In this document: piece by piece, positions 48,854-58,108 of the stretch
How positions within the stretch are numbered: the stretch's first letter is position 1
How the letters are laid out: each line of letters opens with the position of its first letter
From: an uncultured Spirochaetales bacterium
Lineage (GTDB): Bacteria > Myxococcota_A > UBA9160 > PR03
Direction of reading: 5' to 3'
Assembly (NCBI GenBank): GCA_964353555.1
Contig: CAYGWM010000002.1
Span: 34,379-98,378 of the forward strand
DNA: 64,000 nucleotides
The notes under the pieces: generated by a model
Seen by the model: only the letters and a program-made list of their open reading frames with translations
Told to the model about the DNA's origin: nothing
The model's database searches: none
Position numbers and translations under genes: made by a program

Positions 48854-49764
48854 TGCTCGATCGTCTCCTGGTGATAGCCGGAGATCGTGTCGAGCAGCAG
48901 GCCGACGCCGAAGCTGACGGCCGCGAGGATTGCCAGCCCGGCCGCGAGAATCGCGCGTGGCACGTGGTAGACGTACGCGTGCCGGTAGAAATCGAGCACC
49001 GGCGCCGCGCCTGTGATCACCGAGAAGAGCGCGAAGATCGCCGCCACTGCGGTGAAGAACACGAACGGCTTGTAGTCCTTGAAGAGCAGGAAGATGCATT
49101 TGAAGATCAGCAAGCCGTCGCTGACGGTGTCGAGCTTCGAATGGCTTGCATCGGGCCGGCGCCCATACTCGATCGGAACCTCGAGGATCGGCAGTCCTTT
49201 GGCGAGCGCTTGCAGCGTCATCTCCGTCTCGATCTCGAAGCCTTCGGAACGCAGATGGACGAGTCGCACGAAGCGGCTCGACAGCAGCCGGTAGCCGGAG
49301 AGCACGTCGGTGATCGGCGCCCGGAAGAGCAGCGAGATGATGCGCGCGATCAGCCGGTTGCCGAGTTCGTGAAAGACGCGGAAGGCACCCGCGTCGTGGG
49401 ACTCGAGGCGGGTCGCCACGAGCATGTCGACACCGGTCTCGAGGAAGCGCTGCACCAGGCGCGGCGCTTCGGCGGCGGGGTAGGTGTCGTCGCCGTCGAG
49501 CAGCACGTAGACGTCGGCGTCGATCACGTTGGCCATGTGGCGAATCACGTTTCCCTTGCCGCGCCGCGGCGAGGCGATCACCGCGGCGCCCGACGCGCGC
49601 GCGATCTCGGCGGTCCGGTCGGACGAGCCGTTGTCGAAGACGGTGATCTCCGCGCCGGGCAGCGCGGCCTTCATGTCCTCGATGACTTTCGCCACCGTGC
49701 GCTCTTCGTTCAGGCACGGGATCACCACGGAAACACGGGGCTGTGTGGCGTGTTGCGCGAGCAC
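48829..49764 (-). CDS. Polyprenyl-phosphate glycosyltransferase, GT2 (GtrB/ArnC/DPM1-like)
   Basis: VSVVIPCLNEERTV, DNGSSDRT, and LLDGDDTYP (DxD). Two C-terminal TM helices (FFTAVAAIFALFSVITGAAPVL, AILAAGLAILAAVSFGVGLLL) complete the architecture of lipid-phosphate sugar synthases. Confidence 0.85.
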   Translation of the reverse strand: MLAQHATQPRVSVVIPCLNEERTVAKVIEDMKAALPGAEITVFDNGSSDRTAEIARASGAAVIASPRRGKGNVIRHMANVIDADVYVLLDGDDTYPAAEAPRLVQRFLETGVDMLVATRLESHDAGAFRVFHELGNRLIARIISLLFRAPITDVLSGYRLLSSRFVRLVHLRSEGFEIETEMTLQALAKGLPILEVPIEYGRRPDASHSKLDTVSDGLLIFKCIFLLFKDYKPFVFFTAVAAIFALFSVITGAAPVLDFYRHAYVYHVPRAILAAGLAILAAVSFGVGLLLDTISGYHQETIEQWKRSMRG

Positions 49765-49803
49765 GCGATCAGTCTAGGCCGGTCCGCTGCGAATTCGCCA
49801 AGG

Positions 49804-51783
49804 TCAGCCGAGTTGGCTCCATACGATCGCGCCTAGAAACGCCGCCGCCCAACAGTAGGGAAGGGCACGAATCGCATTCGGGAGACGTCGGTCGAGCGCT
49901 GCGAAGCCGAGCGCGGCCAGCACCGCGAGGGTCGGCGTCAGAGCGAGCGCGTAGAACGATTTGGCGACCGACCAGAACGGATAGTGCAGGCTCACGCTCG
50001 CGATCGAGGCGAGCAGGATCGGGGGCAATACGACGAGCAGCGAGTAGCTGATCCGACGTCCGCGATCGCTCCCGCGCAGCGCCGCGCGTATGGCGCAGGC
50101 CCACCCGAGGCCCAAAATAGGCGTGGCCGGCACGGCGAGCAGGAAGACGGCCGCCATCCACTCGTAGTTCCAGCCGGCGAATCCGAGACGCGGCGAGATC
50201 GCGCCGCTCAGTAGACCATTTCCCCACAGCGTCGAATAGAGCGCGTCCCAGAACGAATGAAAGCTGGAAAACCAGGGTTGCTCGAGCGCATCGCCGAAAC
50301 GCAGGAAGTAGTCGGCGCTGTGAAAGCCCGGGAGTTGCCACCAGCTGTTGTCGGGGTCCGCGTTCAGGTTCCAGACGAGTAAGTTGCCGGAGAGTCGGTA
50401 GTTGCGCAGATAGACCCAGCCCGCGAGCCCCGCTGTGATGGCGAGGCTCAGCGACGCGCCACCGGCCGCGCGCGCGATGCGGGTCCCCTCGACGGTCCAG
50501 CGCTTCGCCGCGAGCGTGCCCAGCAGGATCGGCACCCAGAGCAGGATCGAGTACTTGGTCAGTGCGGCAGCGCCGAATACGATCCCGAGCAGCATGTCAT
50601 CGCGTAGCGACGAGCGCTCGCGCAGCAACGCTCGCAGCGTTGCGAGCAGTGCGAGACTCGCGAGCAGCGCGTAAGGCGCTTCGTTCGAGACACAGGTGGC
50701 GAGCGTGACGTTCATCGGGAGCAGCCCGGCCATCAACGTGGAGCCCGCTGCGAGCCACGGCGCGTCCGGCGCCAGCGTTCGCGCCATGCTCCGCGCGACG
50801 AACGCCAGGCCGAGACCCGACAGGAACGGCAGCAAGACGAGGATCGCGCGGTCCCTTACACCCATCGGGCCGAGCACTCGCAGCAACGCGGCTGTGAGCG
50901 CGTGATAGAGCGGAGGGTGATACATCGCGCTGCCGTCGGTGGGGCGCGGGAGCGCGTGATGGGCGCGGATCCACTCGATGTACTGGATGTGCGCCGACGC
51001 ATCGAAGCCGACTTCAGCGGGCACGCGGGCGATCCGGTGGAACAGGAGAACCCAGAAAAGCGTCACAAGCAGGAGCGCGCCAGTGGGCGCCCATTGCGCC
51101 AGCTCCGGACGCCGTCGGAGCCACCCGAAGAGAGCGCCTCCGGCTGCGCCGAGCAACAACAGCGGCACCGCCTTCGCCCGGAGCGCTGCCGGCGGGGCCG
51201 GTAGCGCGACACTCTCCGGGTGACGGATGCTGTCCTCGGCGCGGACCGCATATGCGACCGGATCGCCCTGCCACGCCGAGATCCAGCGCTCATCGGTGGT
51301 GAGCGTCCCTGCGAGACCGTCGATCCGGAGCTGCAGCGCCGGGTTGCCGGCGGGATTCCGCACCGAGGCGAACAGTACGTTCTCGCCGGCCACCAGGTGG
51401 GGCGTCAGATCCAGCAGCGTCGCGTCCTTCCAGCGATCGGGATCGCGGCCCGGGAGCGGGAGTTCCTTCCCGTTGAGCAGTAGCGAGACCTCGCGCAGCG
51501 CGCGCACGCGCAGCGTCACATGCGTCGCTCCCGGCTTTGCGATGAACTTGCGCTCGAAAAAACTCGTCGGCGGCTTCGCCCGCTCGATCAGCATGCCGTC
51601 GGTCTGCAGCGGCGTCCGCGCGACGATCCACGGGGTGTCGTCGCGCGCGAGGAAGGGCACAGCCGGCGAACGCAGCACGTCCCAGGTGAGGACGCCTGCG
51701 ATGCCGAGTGCGAGCAGTGCCGCGATCGCGAGCTGGCCGCGCGTGAAACGGCGCTCGGCGCGCTCGACCAGATCAGCGCTCAA
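49804..51783 (-). CDS. GT-C-fold membrane glycosyltransferase (PMT_2/ArnT-like) with ~200-aa N-terminal extracytoplasmic domain
   Basis: One N-terminal TM (LAIAALLALGIAGVL), then a beta-rich soluble segment (TLRVRALREVSLLLNGKELPLP...NVLFASVRNPAGNPALQLRIDG). After that come at least 10 TM helices with GFDASAHIQYIEW and YHPPLYHAL loops typical of GT39/GT83-like enzymes. The TTG start is uncertain. Confidence 0.72.
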   Translation of the reverse strand: MSADLVERAERRFTRGQLAIAALLALGIAGVLTWDVLRSPAVPFLARDDTPWIVARTPLQTDGMLIERAKPPTSFFERKFIAKPGATHVTLRVRALREVSLLLNGKELPLPGRDPDRWKDATLLDLTPHLVAGENVLFASVRNPAGNPALQLRIDGLAGTLTTDERWISAWQGDPVAYAVRAEDSIRHPESVALPAPPAALRAKAVPLLLLGAAGGALFGWLRRRPELAQWAPTGALLLVTLFWVLLFHRIARVPAEVGFDASAHIQYIEWIRAHHALPRPTDGSAMYHPPLYHALTAALLRVLGPMGVRDRAILVLLPFLSGLGLAFVARSMARTLAPDAPWLAAGSTLMAGLLPMNVTLATCVSNEAPYALLASLALLATLRALLRERSSLRDDMLLGIVFGAAALTKYSILLWVPILLGTLAAKRWTVEGTRIARAAGGASLSLAITAGLAGWVYLRNYRLSGNLLVWNLNADPDNSWWQLPGFHSADYFLRFGDALEQPWFSSFHSFWDALYSTLWGNGLLSGAISPRLGFAGWNYEWMAAVFLLAVPATPILGLGWACAIRAALRGSDRGRRISYSLLVVLPPILLASIASVSLHYPFWSVAKSFYALALTPTLAVLAALGFAALDRRLPNAIRALPYCWAAAFLGAIVWSQLG

Positions 51784-51909
51784 GGTGATCCTCTACTGTG
51801 TTCATCGCAGTCAACTCCCCGGCGCAGGCTGCACGCTGCTGCTCGCGACGACCTTTGCTATGAACGAATGATTCGGCGCGCCATGGTATCGACGAGGAGT
51901 GAGCGCACC

Positions 51910-54141
51910 ATGTCCCGCCCGCTTCGCACGCTGTTGCTTGCCGCTCTGCTCGTTGCGGCGACGCTCGCTAGCTACGCGCCGACGTTCTCGGCGGCCTTCG
52001 TCGACATCGACGATGCCGACTATGTGCCGGAGAACGAGACGGTCAAAGCGGGCCTCGGTGTCGACGGCGTGGTGTGGGCCTTTACCGACTCGCACGCGGG
52101 CAACTGGTTCCCGCTCACCTGGATCAGCCACATGGCCGACGTGGAGCTCTTTGGCGTCGAGCCGACGGGGCACCACGCGATGAACGTCGCGTTGCACGTC
52201 GCGAACGCGCTGCTGCTGTTCCTGGCGCTGGCGTCGATCACCGGGGAGTGGGCCCCGAGTTTCGTCGTGGCCGGCCTGTTCGCGCTGCATCCGGCCAACG
52301 TCGAATCGGTGGCCTGGATCTCGCAGCGCAAGACCACGCTCGCCACGCTCTTCGGAATTCTCGCGATCTGGAGCTATGCCCGCTACGCGCGGGCCGGAAA
52401 GCGATCGTCGTACGTGCTGAGTCTCGCGAGCTTCGCGCTCTCGCTGCTGTCGAAGCAGATGTTCGTGACGTTGCCGTTCGCGCTGCTGCTGCTCGATTAC
52501 TGGCCGCTCCGGCGTGCAGAGCTGGAACCGCGCGATGGGGACGGACCGACGCTCCGCTCCATGTCGCGCGGCTGGTTGCGGCTGCTGCCCGAGAAGATCC
52601 CGTTCCTGCTGCTTGCGCTGGCTGCGAGCGTCGCGGCGATCGTCTCGCAACGCGACGCGATCTCGACGGGTGCGGCGTACCCGCTTGCGGTGCGCCTCGG
52701 CAACGTCGCGCTCTCCTACGTTCACTACCTCGGGATGCTGATCTCGCCGACGCATCTGGCGGTGTTCTACCCGCTCTACGAAGACGATGTCACGCTGGCC
52801 AGGGTGCTCGCGAGTGTCGCAGTGCTGCTCGGCATCTCAGTCGGCGTCTGGCGGTTCGGCCGAACCCGGCGCTTCCTGCTCGTCGGCTGGATCTGGTTCC
52901 TGGGTACGCTGGTGCCGGTGATCGGCCTGGTGCAGATCGGCGGGCAGTCGAGGGCGGACCGTTACGCGTACGTGCCGTTCTGGGGCCTCTTGATCGCGCT
53001 GACGTGGACAGGGTGGAATCTCGTCCAGTCGCCGGGCGCGGGCCGGGAGGTGCGTGGGGCGGTGCTTGCGGGTGTCGCAGCGCTGCTCGCGATTCTCGGA
53101 GTCCAGACGTTTCGGCAGGCGGAGAAGTGGCACGACTCGATCGCGCTCTTCGAGGACGCGGTGGCGGACACCGATCGCAACTACGTCGCGCACCGCGCGC
53201 TGGCGGGCCAGTACTTCAACCGCGGCGACTTCGCGCAGGCGCTCCATCACGCCGAGGAGGGCGCGAAGCATCCGCGCGATCTCGGCGAGGTGCTGCCGGT
53301 CTACGGAATGGCGCTCTATCAGACCGGCTCGAAGGCAAGGGCGATCGAGAAGCTCGAAGAGGCGACGCGCGTGGCGCCGAACAACGTGATGGGATTCACG
53401 AACCTCGGCTGGATCTACCTGCAGGAGGGAGACTACGAGGATGCGGTCGAATCGCTGCACGCCGCACTGCGCGTCGATCCGCAGAGCGCCCGCGCCGCCC
53501 AGCTGCTCGCGACGACGGAACTGCGCCGCGGAAATCTCGCGGAGGCCGCGACGGCATTCGAACGCGTGGTCGCACTCGAAGGGCAGAACTTCGATGCGCG
53601 GATCGAGTGGGCGCGGACGCTGGCGACACTGGAGCGCTCAGCGGAGGCCGCTGACGTTCTGCGCAGCGCGCTCGTCGCGGCGCGCCAGTTTCCCGAGGCG
53701 CAACGCAGCCGGCTGACGTCGACGCTCCACCAGTATCTCGGCGACGTTCTGCTGGCGCAGCCGGATCGCAACGGCGCTGCCGCGCACTACGAACTCGCGC
53801 TCGCGGAGTGGGCAGACAACTACGGGGCGAATCGCAATCTCGCGACGCTGCTGCTGACGACGGAGGGCGCGGTGCGCAGCGATCCCGCGCGCGCGGTGCT
53901 TCTCGCCGAGCATGCCTGCACGCTGTCGCAGCGTCGCAAGCCCGAGGCGTTGGCAACGCTTGCCTCGGCCTACGCCGCAGCGGGACGGCGCGACGACGCC
54001 GCGCGCGTCGCGCGCGAGGCGCTGGTGCTGGCGCGCGAGACGGGCAACGTCCCGATGATCGAGATGCTCGAAGCGCAACTCGGCTCTGGTGCGCAAGCGG
54101 CTCGACCGTTCGGCGAGACGGAATCGTCGTTGCATCGCTGA
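51910..54141 (+). CDS. TMTC-like GT-C glycosyltransferase (DUF1736-type membrane domain + C-terminal TPR array)
   Basis: Start is ATG 51910. TM1 is followed by FVDIDDADYV. Loop LFALHPANVESVAWISQRK and about 11 TM helices. The C-terminal ~330 aa are TPR repeats (NLGWIYLQEGDYEDAVESLHAALRVDP...). The track ORF 51520.. is over-extended. Confidence 0.8.
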   Translation: MSRPLRTLLLAALLVAATLASYAPTFSAAFVDIDDADYVPENETVKAGLGVDGVVWAFTDSHAGNWFPLTWISHMADVELFGVEPTGHHAMNVALHVANALLLFLALASITGEWAPSFVVAGLFALHPANVESVAWISQRKTTLATLFGILAIWSYARYARAGKRSSYVLSLASFALSLLSKQMFVTLPFALLLLDYWPLRRAELEPRDGDGPTLRSMSRGWLRLLPEKIPFLLLALAASVAAIVSQRDAISTGAAYPLAVRLGNVALSYVHYLGMLISPTHLAVFYPLYEDDVTLARVLASVAVLLGISVGVWRFGRTRRFLLVGWIWFLGTLVPVIGLVQIGGQSRADRYAYVPFWGLLIALTWTGWNLVQSPGAGREVRGAVLAGVAALLAILGVQTFRQAEKWHDSIALFEDAVADTDRNYVAHRALAGQYFNRGDFAQALHHAEEGAKHPRDLGEVLPVYGMALYQTGSKARAIEKLEEATRVAPNNVMGFTNLGWIYLQEGDYEDAVESLHAALRVDPQSARAAQLLATTELRRGNLAEAATAFERVVALEGQNFDARIEWARTLATLERSAEAADVLRSALVAARQFPEAQRSRLTSTLHQYLGDVLLAQPDRNGAAAHYELALAEWADNYGANRNLATLLLTTEGAVRSDPARAVLLAEHACTLSQRRKPEALATLASAYAAAGRRDDAARVAREALVLARETGNVPMIEMLEAQLGSGAQAARPFGETESSLHR

Positions 54142-54158
54142 GCGGTGCCGCGTTCCTC

Positions 54159-56222
54159 TCAGCGCTCCGGATCTACATCGCGCATGCGCTGCAGATTGGC
54201 GGTTGCCCCCGGATGGAGCGGGTCGAAGCGCAATGCCTGCTCGAACGCGGCGATCGCAGCCTCGCGATCGCCGCGGTTCTCGAAGACGACGCCCAGCAGG
54301 TTGTGTGCGTCCGCGTTGCGCGGGTCGAGTGCGAGGAGCTGACGCAACGGCTGCTCCGCCGACCCGAGATCGCCCGCCATCATTAGCGAAGCAGCGAGCC
54401 CGTGTCGGTACACGAGCTGCTCCGGCGCCAGCTGCACCGCGACGCGCAGCGGCTCGAGCGCGCCCGCGAAATCGCCGCTCTCGGACAGCAGCTTTCCCAG
54501 CGCGTACTGAGACTTCGCGATCGTTGCGTCGCTCGCGACGGCGTCCCGCAGCGCCGCGATCGCGCCGGCGTGATCTCCGGTCTGGCGCAGCATGATGCCG
54601 AGGTTGTAGTGGAGTTCTGCGGCGCCGGGCGTCAGCGCCGCACCGGCTCGAAACGCGGCGGCTGCATCTTCGAAACGGTTCTGCGCGACGCGCAGATTGC
54701 CGAGGTGGAGCTGCGTCGTCGCGCGTTCCTCATCGTCCAGGTCGCCCGCCAGCGCGATCTCGAACTCCGCGGCGGCTTCTTCGAAATGGCCGAGCGCGAC
54801 CTGATTGATGCCGATGCTGGTGTGGAGCCTCGCGTACTCCGGGTAGAGCTGCAGCGCCTGCTGGAACTCCGCAATCGCCTCCGAGTTCTTGCGCTCATTT
54901 TGCAAAACCAGCCCGAGCCGGTAGCGAGCCGTCCAGGAATCGGGCTGCTGCGCAGCGTTGTGTCGGATCAGCGTGACGTCATCCCGGTAGGCATGGGTCT
55001 CGCGATGCGCGAGCCCTGCCAACGCGATCACGACGCAGACCGTTGCGACGCGCGCCAGCCAGCGCGCGCTCCCTTGCCATCGAGTGCCGAGCATCGCAGC
55101 GCCGGCCGCTGCGAGCGCGAAGAGCGCCATGCTCGCGTGATACTGGTAGTGATCGGCGACGAACGAATAGAGGAACGGGTAGACATCGAAGAAGCCGAGC
55201 GCGGGAAACAGCATGCCGACGAAGAGCAGCATCGCAGCGAGCGGCCCGCGTCCGAGCTGCCGCCGCATCGCCCACAGCGTGACGAGCAGGCCGGCGAGCG
55301 CGAGCGGAAAGCCATATTGCCAGGCCGCCTGCGAGTCGACGTGCCAGCGCGGGTATGTGAAGCCGAGCGGATGCGGCCACAGCAGCTTGCCGATGTAGAA
55401 CCACACGGCGCGGCCCGCGATCAGCGCGCGTTCGACGGGCGAAAGGCTCCACGCCGCGCCCGTCGCGCCGACGTGCACGCGCTCGACCCACACCGTGAGC
55501 CCCGCAATCGGCAGGCCCAACGCGAAGAACGGCAGCAGCGGGCGTATGTCGCGCCAGCGGAGGCTGCCGGAGTTCCACCAACGAATCACCAGCAGCGCTG
55601 CAGGCGTCGTGACAGTGACCGTCTTGCTCAGCAACGCGGCAAGATAGAGAGCGAGCGACACGAGGTAGGATCGCCGCGCGGATGGAATGCTGTCCGCGAC
55701 GGATCCGGCGGTTGGATCGAGCGGCGCGAAGCGCAGATAGGCGCGCATCGACGCGAGCGCGAACGCAGCCGAGAACAGGTTCTTCCGCTCGCTCGCCCAC
55801 GCCACGGTTTCGACGTGCACCGGGTGCACCGCAAAGAGCGCCGCCGCGAGCCACGCACCGGGCATCCGCAACCGCGCGAGGAACCGCCAGAACATCAGCA
55901 CGACCACCGCGTGCATCGCCAGGTTCATCGCGTGGAAACCGAGAGGATCGAGCCCCCAGAGCCGGTACTCGAACCAGAACGCGGTGTGGACGAGCGGGTA
56001 GTACTGCGGAATCGTGCCGATCCGGAACCAGATGTCGCGAAGCCCTGCGAGCGACGCGAGATCGCGGATGCCGCGGATGTAGATCTCATCGTCCGAGACG
56101 TAGCCGTTCTCGAGAATCGGCCAGTACGCCGCAACGACGAGCGCAACGAGCGCGAGCGCCCGCGCCCAGCCCGGGACCGCCTCGTGGCCGGGAGCGGCGC
56201 GGTGCTGATCCGCCAGCGGCAT
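54159..56222 (-). CDS. TMTC-like GT-C glycosyltransferase (membrane domain + C-terminal TPR array)
   Basis: TM1 is followed by YVSDDEIYI. Loop LFAVHPVHVETVAWASERK and multiple TM helices. C-terminal TPRs (AELHYNLGIMLRQTGDHAGAIAALRDAV..., NLLGVVFENRGDREAAIAAFEQALRFDP). The start lies 3 nt after the stop of the 56226..57968 gene. Confidence 0.8.
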   Translation of the reverse strand: MPLADQHRAAPGHEAVPGWARALALVALVVAAYWPILENGYVSDDEIYIRGIRDLASLAGLRDIWFRIGTIPQYYPLVHTAFWFEYRLWGLDPLGFHAMNLAMHAVVVLMFWRFLARLRMPGAWLAAALFAVHPVHVETVAWASERKNLFSAAFALASMRAYLRFAPLDPTAGSVADSIPSARRSYLVSLALYLAALLSKTVTVTTPAALLVIRWWNSGSLRWRDIRPLLPFFALGLPIAGLTVWVERVHVGATGAAWSLSPVERALIAGRAVWFYIGKLLWPHPLGFTYPRWHVDSQAAWQYGFPLALAGLLVTLWAMRRQLGRGPLAAMLLFVGMLFPALGFFDVYPFLYSFVADHYQYHASMALFALAAAGAAMLGTRWQGSARWLARVATVCVVIALAGLAHRETHAYRDDVTLIRHNAAQQPDSWTARYRLGLVLQNERKNSEAIAEFQQALQLYPEYARLHTSIGINQVALGHFEEAAAEFEIALAGDLDDEERATTQLHLGNLRVAQNRFEDAAAAFRAGAALTPGAAELHYNLGIMLRQTGDHAGAIAALRDAVASDATIAKSQYALGKLLSESGDFAGALEPLRVAVQLAPEQLVYRHGLAASLMMAGDLGSAEQPLRQLLALDPRNADAHNLLGVVFENRGDREAAIAAFEQALRFDPLHPGATANLQRMRDVDPER

Positions 56223-56225
56223 CGA

Positions 56226-57968
56226 CTACTGAGACCCTGCGGATGCGCGGGTGTCGTAGATCCGGATCGATCCGAGTCGCAGTACCGGCTCGTAGGATCG
56301 CAGCCACGCGGCGGTGTCACCGCTGACTCCCACCAAGCCACCACCCGGCGCGACGGTCAAGTAGGAGTAGCCCCACAGGAAATTCTCGGAGACCGCGATG
56401 ATTCCCGACACGGGCGTCGGTGGCAGCAGTCGATATTGCAGCCCATAGAGAGCCGGATCGACGAGCCCGAAGTACAGCAGATAGGGCGTCTCTGCTGGAT
56501 CGATGGCTGCCACCGCAGCTGGCACCCGGTAGAGGTCCTGTCCCCAATCGAGGTTCGAGTCGAGCAGCCACTCGCTCCCATGACGGGGCCCGCCCGCGAT
56601 CGCGTTGAAGAACGTGAGGTAGTCGGGGTGGATCGTCGCGACGTTGAAAACGGTCGCCGCCGCTGCACCCGCGGCGAGCGCCAGCGACACGCGTTCGCGC
56701 CCGCCGCTTCGCGTCGCCATGAACACGGGGCCCAGCAGCAGGAACAGGAACGGGAACGCGGGCAGCACGTGTCGGATTCCGATGTTCAGGTTGCTGGCCG
56801 TCGCGAACACCACGATGAGCGTCGCGAGTGGGACCAGCAACGAGTAGAGCTCGATCCTCGCGACTTCGCTGCGGCGCCAAAATGCGACAGACGCCGCCAG
56901 CAGCACGAGGATCGCGACTGGCAGTTTCACGCCGAGCGCGACCCCGTTGTAGTACCACCAGCCGTGCTCCGACCATTGCCCCATCAAGTAGCTGCCGAAT
57001 TCGCCGTGTTCGGAGATCTCCTTCGCCGCATCGAAGCCGAGCGCCCACTCGCGCGGCAGCGGCACCGGAGTCCACGCGGGGAGGACGCTTTGCAGCGACG
57101 TGGCAAAGTGCGAGCGGAACGCGAGGCTGCCGAGCGCGCAGAACGATTCCTCGAAGCCGATGCTCGCGTTGAGCACGACGAGCGCCGCGACGAGAATCCA
57201 CGCGAAGTCTCCGGACGCCTGCTGGAGTCGGCGCGCGGGGGATCGCGTCGCGGCGCGCCATCGATGCACAACGGCGAGCAGCGCGAACGCCGGAAGCAGC
57301 AGCACCGCGAGGAACTTGGTGGCGAGCGCGAGCCCGAGCGCAGCGCCGGCGACGAGCAGCCGCGTGCGCGTCGGATCCCGGTAGCTCCAGCGCAGCGCGA
57401 ACATTGCGAGCAGGATCGTCGTGAGCGCCCCCATGTCGATCGTCGCCAGATGGCCGTGCGCCAGCACGTTCGGGCACAGCAGGAAGAGCGAAGTGACCAC
57501 GGCGGCGGCGCGCAATCCGAAGGCGTCGCGTGCCCACAGGAAGACGACCAGGCCCGCGAGCAATCCGAGAGCGATCGCCACCCAGCGCGCGCGGAACATC
57601 AGCGTCAGGTACTGGGCGCGATTCGCCTCCAGGAAGCGATGGCCGTATTCCCACGGCCCCCACTGCATCGGTGGCTCGACGACGACCGGGGCATTCACCG
57701 ACGCGTCGGCGGCGATGGGCGCTGCCAGCAGCAGCTTCAGCAGCGGCGGATTCACGCGATACAGATCGGTTCGACCCTGGCGCCAGGCCGCGACGCCGGC
57801 GGGCACGTGCGCGAACTCGTCGGCGGTGGGCGTCTCGACGCGTGCGGCATGCAGCGTGAGCGCGAGGTACGCGATCGCAGCGGCGACGGGCATCCATGCC
57901 CAGGCCTTCGGCTCTCGCGCGATTCTCTCTGCTGCGCGGTCGTCGTCGCGTTGCGGCATGCCAGTCAT
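56226..57968 (-). CDS. GT-C-fold membrane glycosyltransferase (GT39/ArnT-like, no TPR)
   Basis: TM1 is followed by ETPTADEFAHVPAG...LYRVNPPLLKLL (typical first-loop motif). About 12 TM helices and a C-terminal soluble domain of about 130 aa. Confidence 0.75.
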   Translation of the reverse strand: MTGMPQRDDDRAAERIAREPKAWAWMPVAAAIAYLALTLHAARVETPTADEFAHVPAGVAAWRQGRTDLYRVNPPLLKLLLAAPIAADASVNAPVVVEPPMQWGPWEYGHRFLEANRAQYLTLMFRARWVAIALGLLAGLVVFLWARDAFGLRAAAVVTSLFLLCPNVLAHGHLATIDMGALTTILLAMFALRWSYRDPTRTRLLVAGAALGLALATKFLAVLLLPAFALLAVVHRWRAATRSPARRLQQASGDFAWILVAALVVLNASIGFEESFCALGSLAFRSHFATSLQSVLPAWTPVPLPREWALGFDAAKEISEHGEFGSYLMGQWSEHGWWYYNGVALGVKLPVAILVLLAASVAFWRRSEVARIELYSLLVPLATLIVVFATASNLNIGIRHVLPAFPFLFLLLGPVFMATRSGGRERVSLALAAGAAAATVFNVATIHPDYLTFFNAIAGGPRHGSEWLLDSNLDWGQDLYRVPAAVAAIDPAETPYLLYFGLVDPALYGLQYRLLPPTPVSGIIAVSENFLWGYSYLTVAPGGGLVGVSGDTAAWLRSYEPVLRLGSIRIYDTRASAGSQ

Positions 57969-58108
57969 CGGGTGCGGCGGAGACTACCACCCGCGCGACT
58001 CGCCTTGACGATGACCTCGGCAGCGAGGCAGTGTCCGCGGCCGTGCTTCGAAACCCGCAACGCCAGCATTCCTTGCGTACAACGCAGCAGTGTCGGACCG
58101 GCAGGCGC

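Noticed and set aside
48854-49717. N-terminal 288 codons of the 526-aa track ORF 48137..49717
   Set aside because: This part is an out-of-frame reading of the GT2 gene (48829..49764), which has clear GT2 motifs. Only the C-terminal 238 codons (the methyltransferase) are credible.
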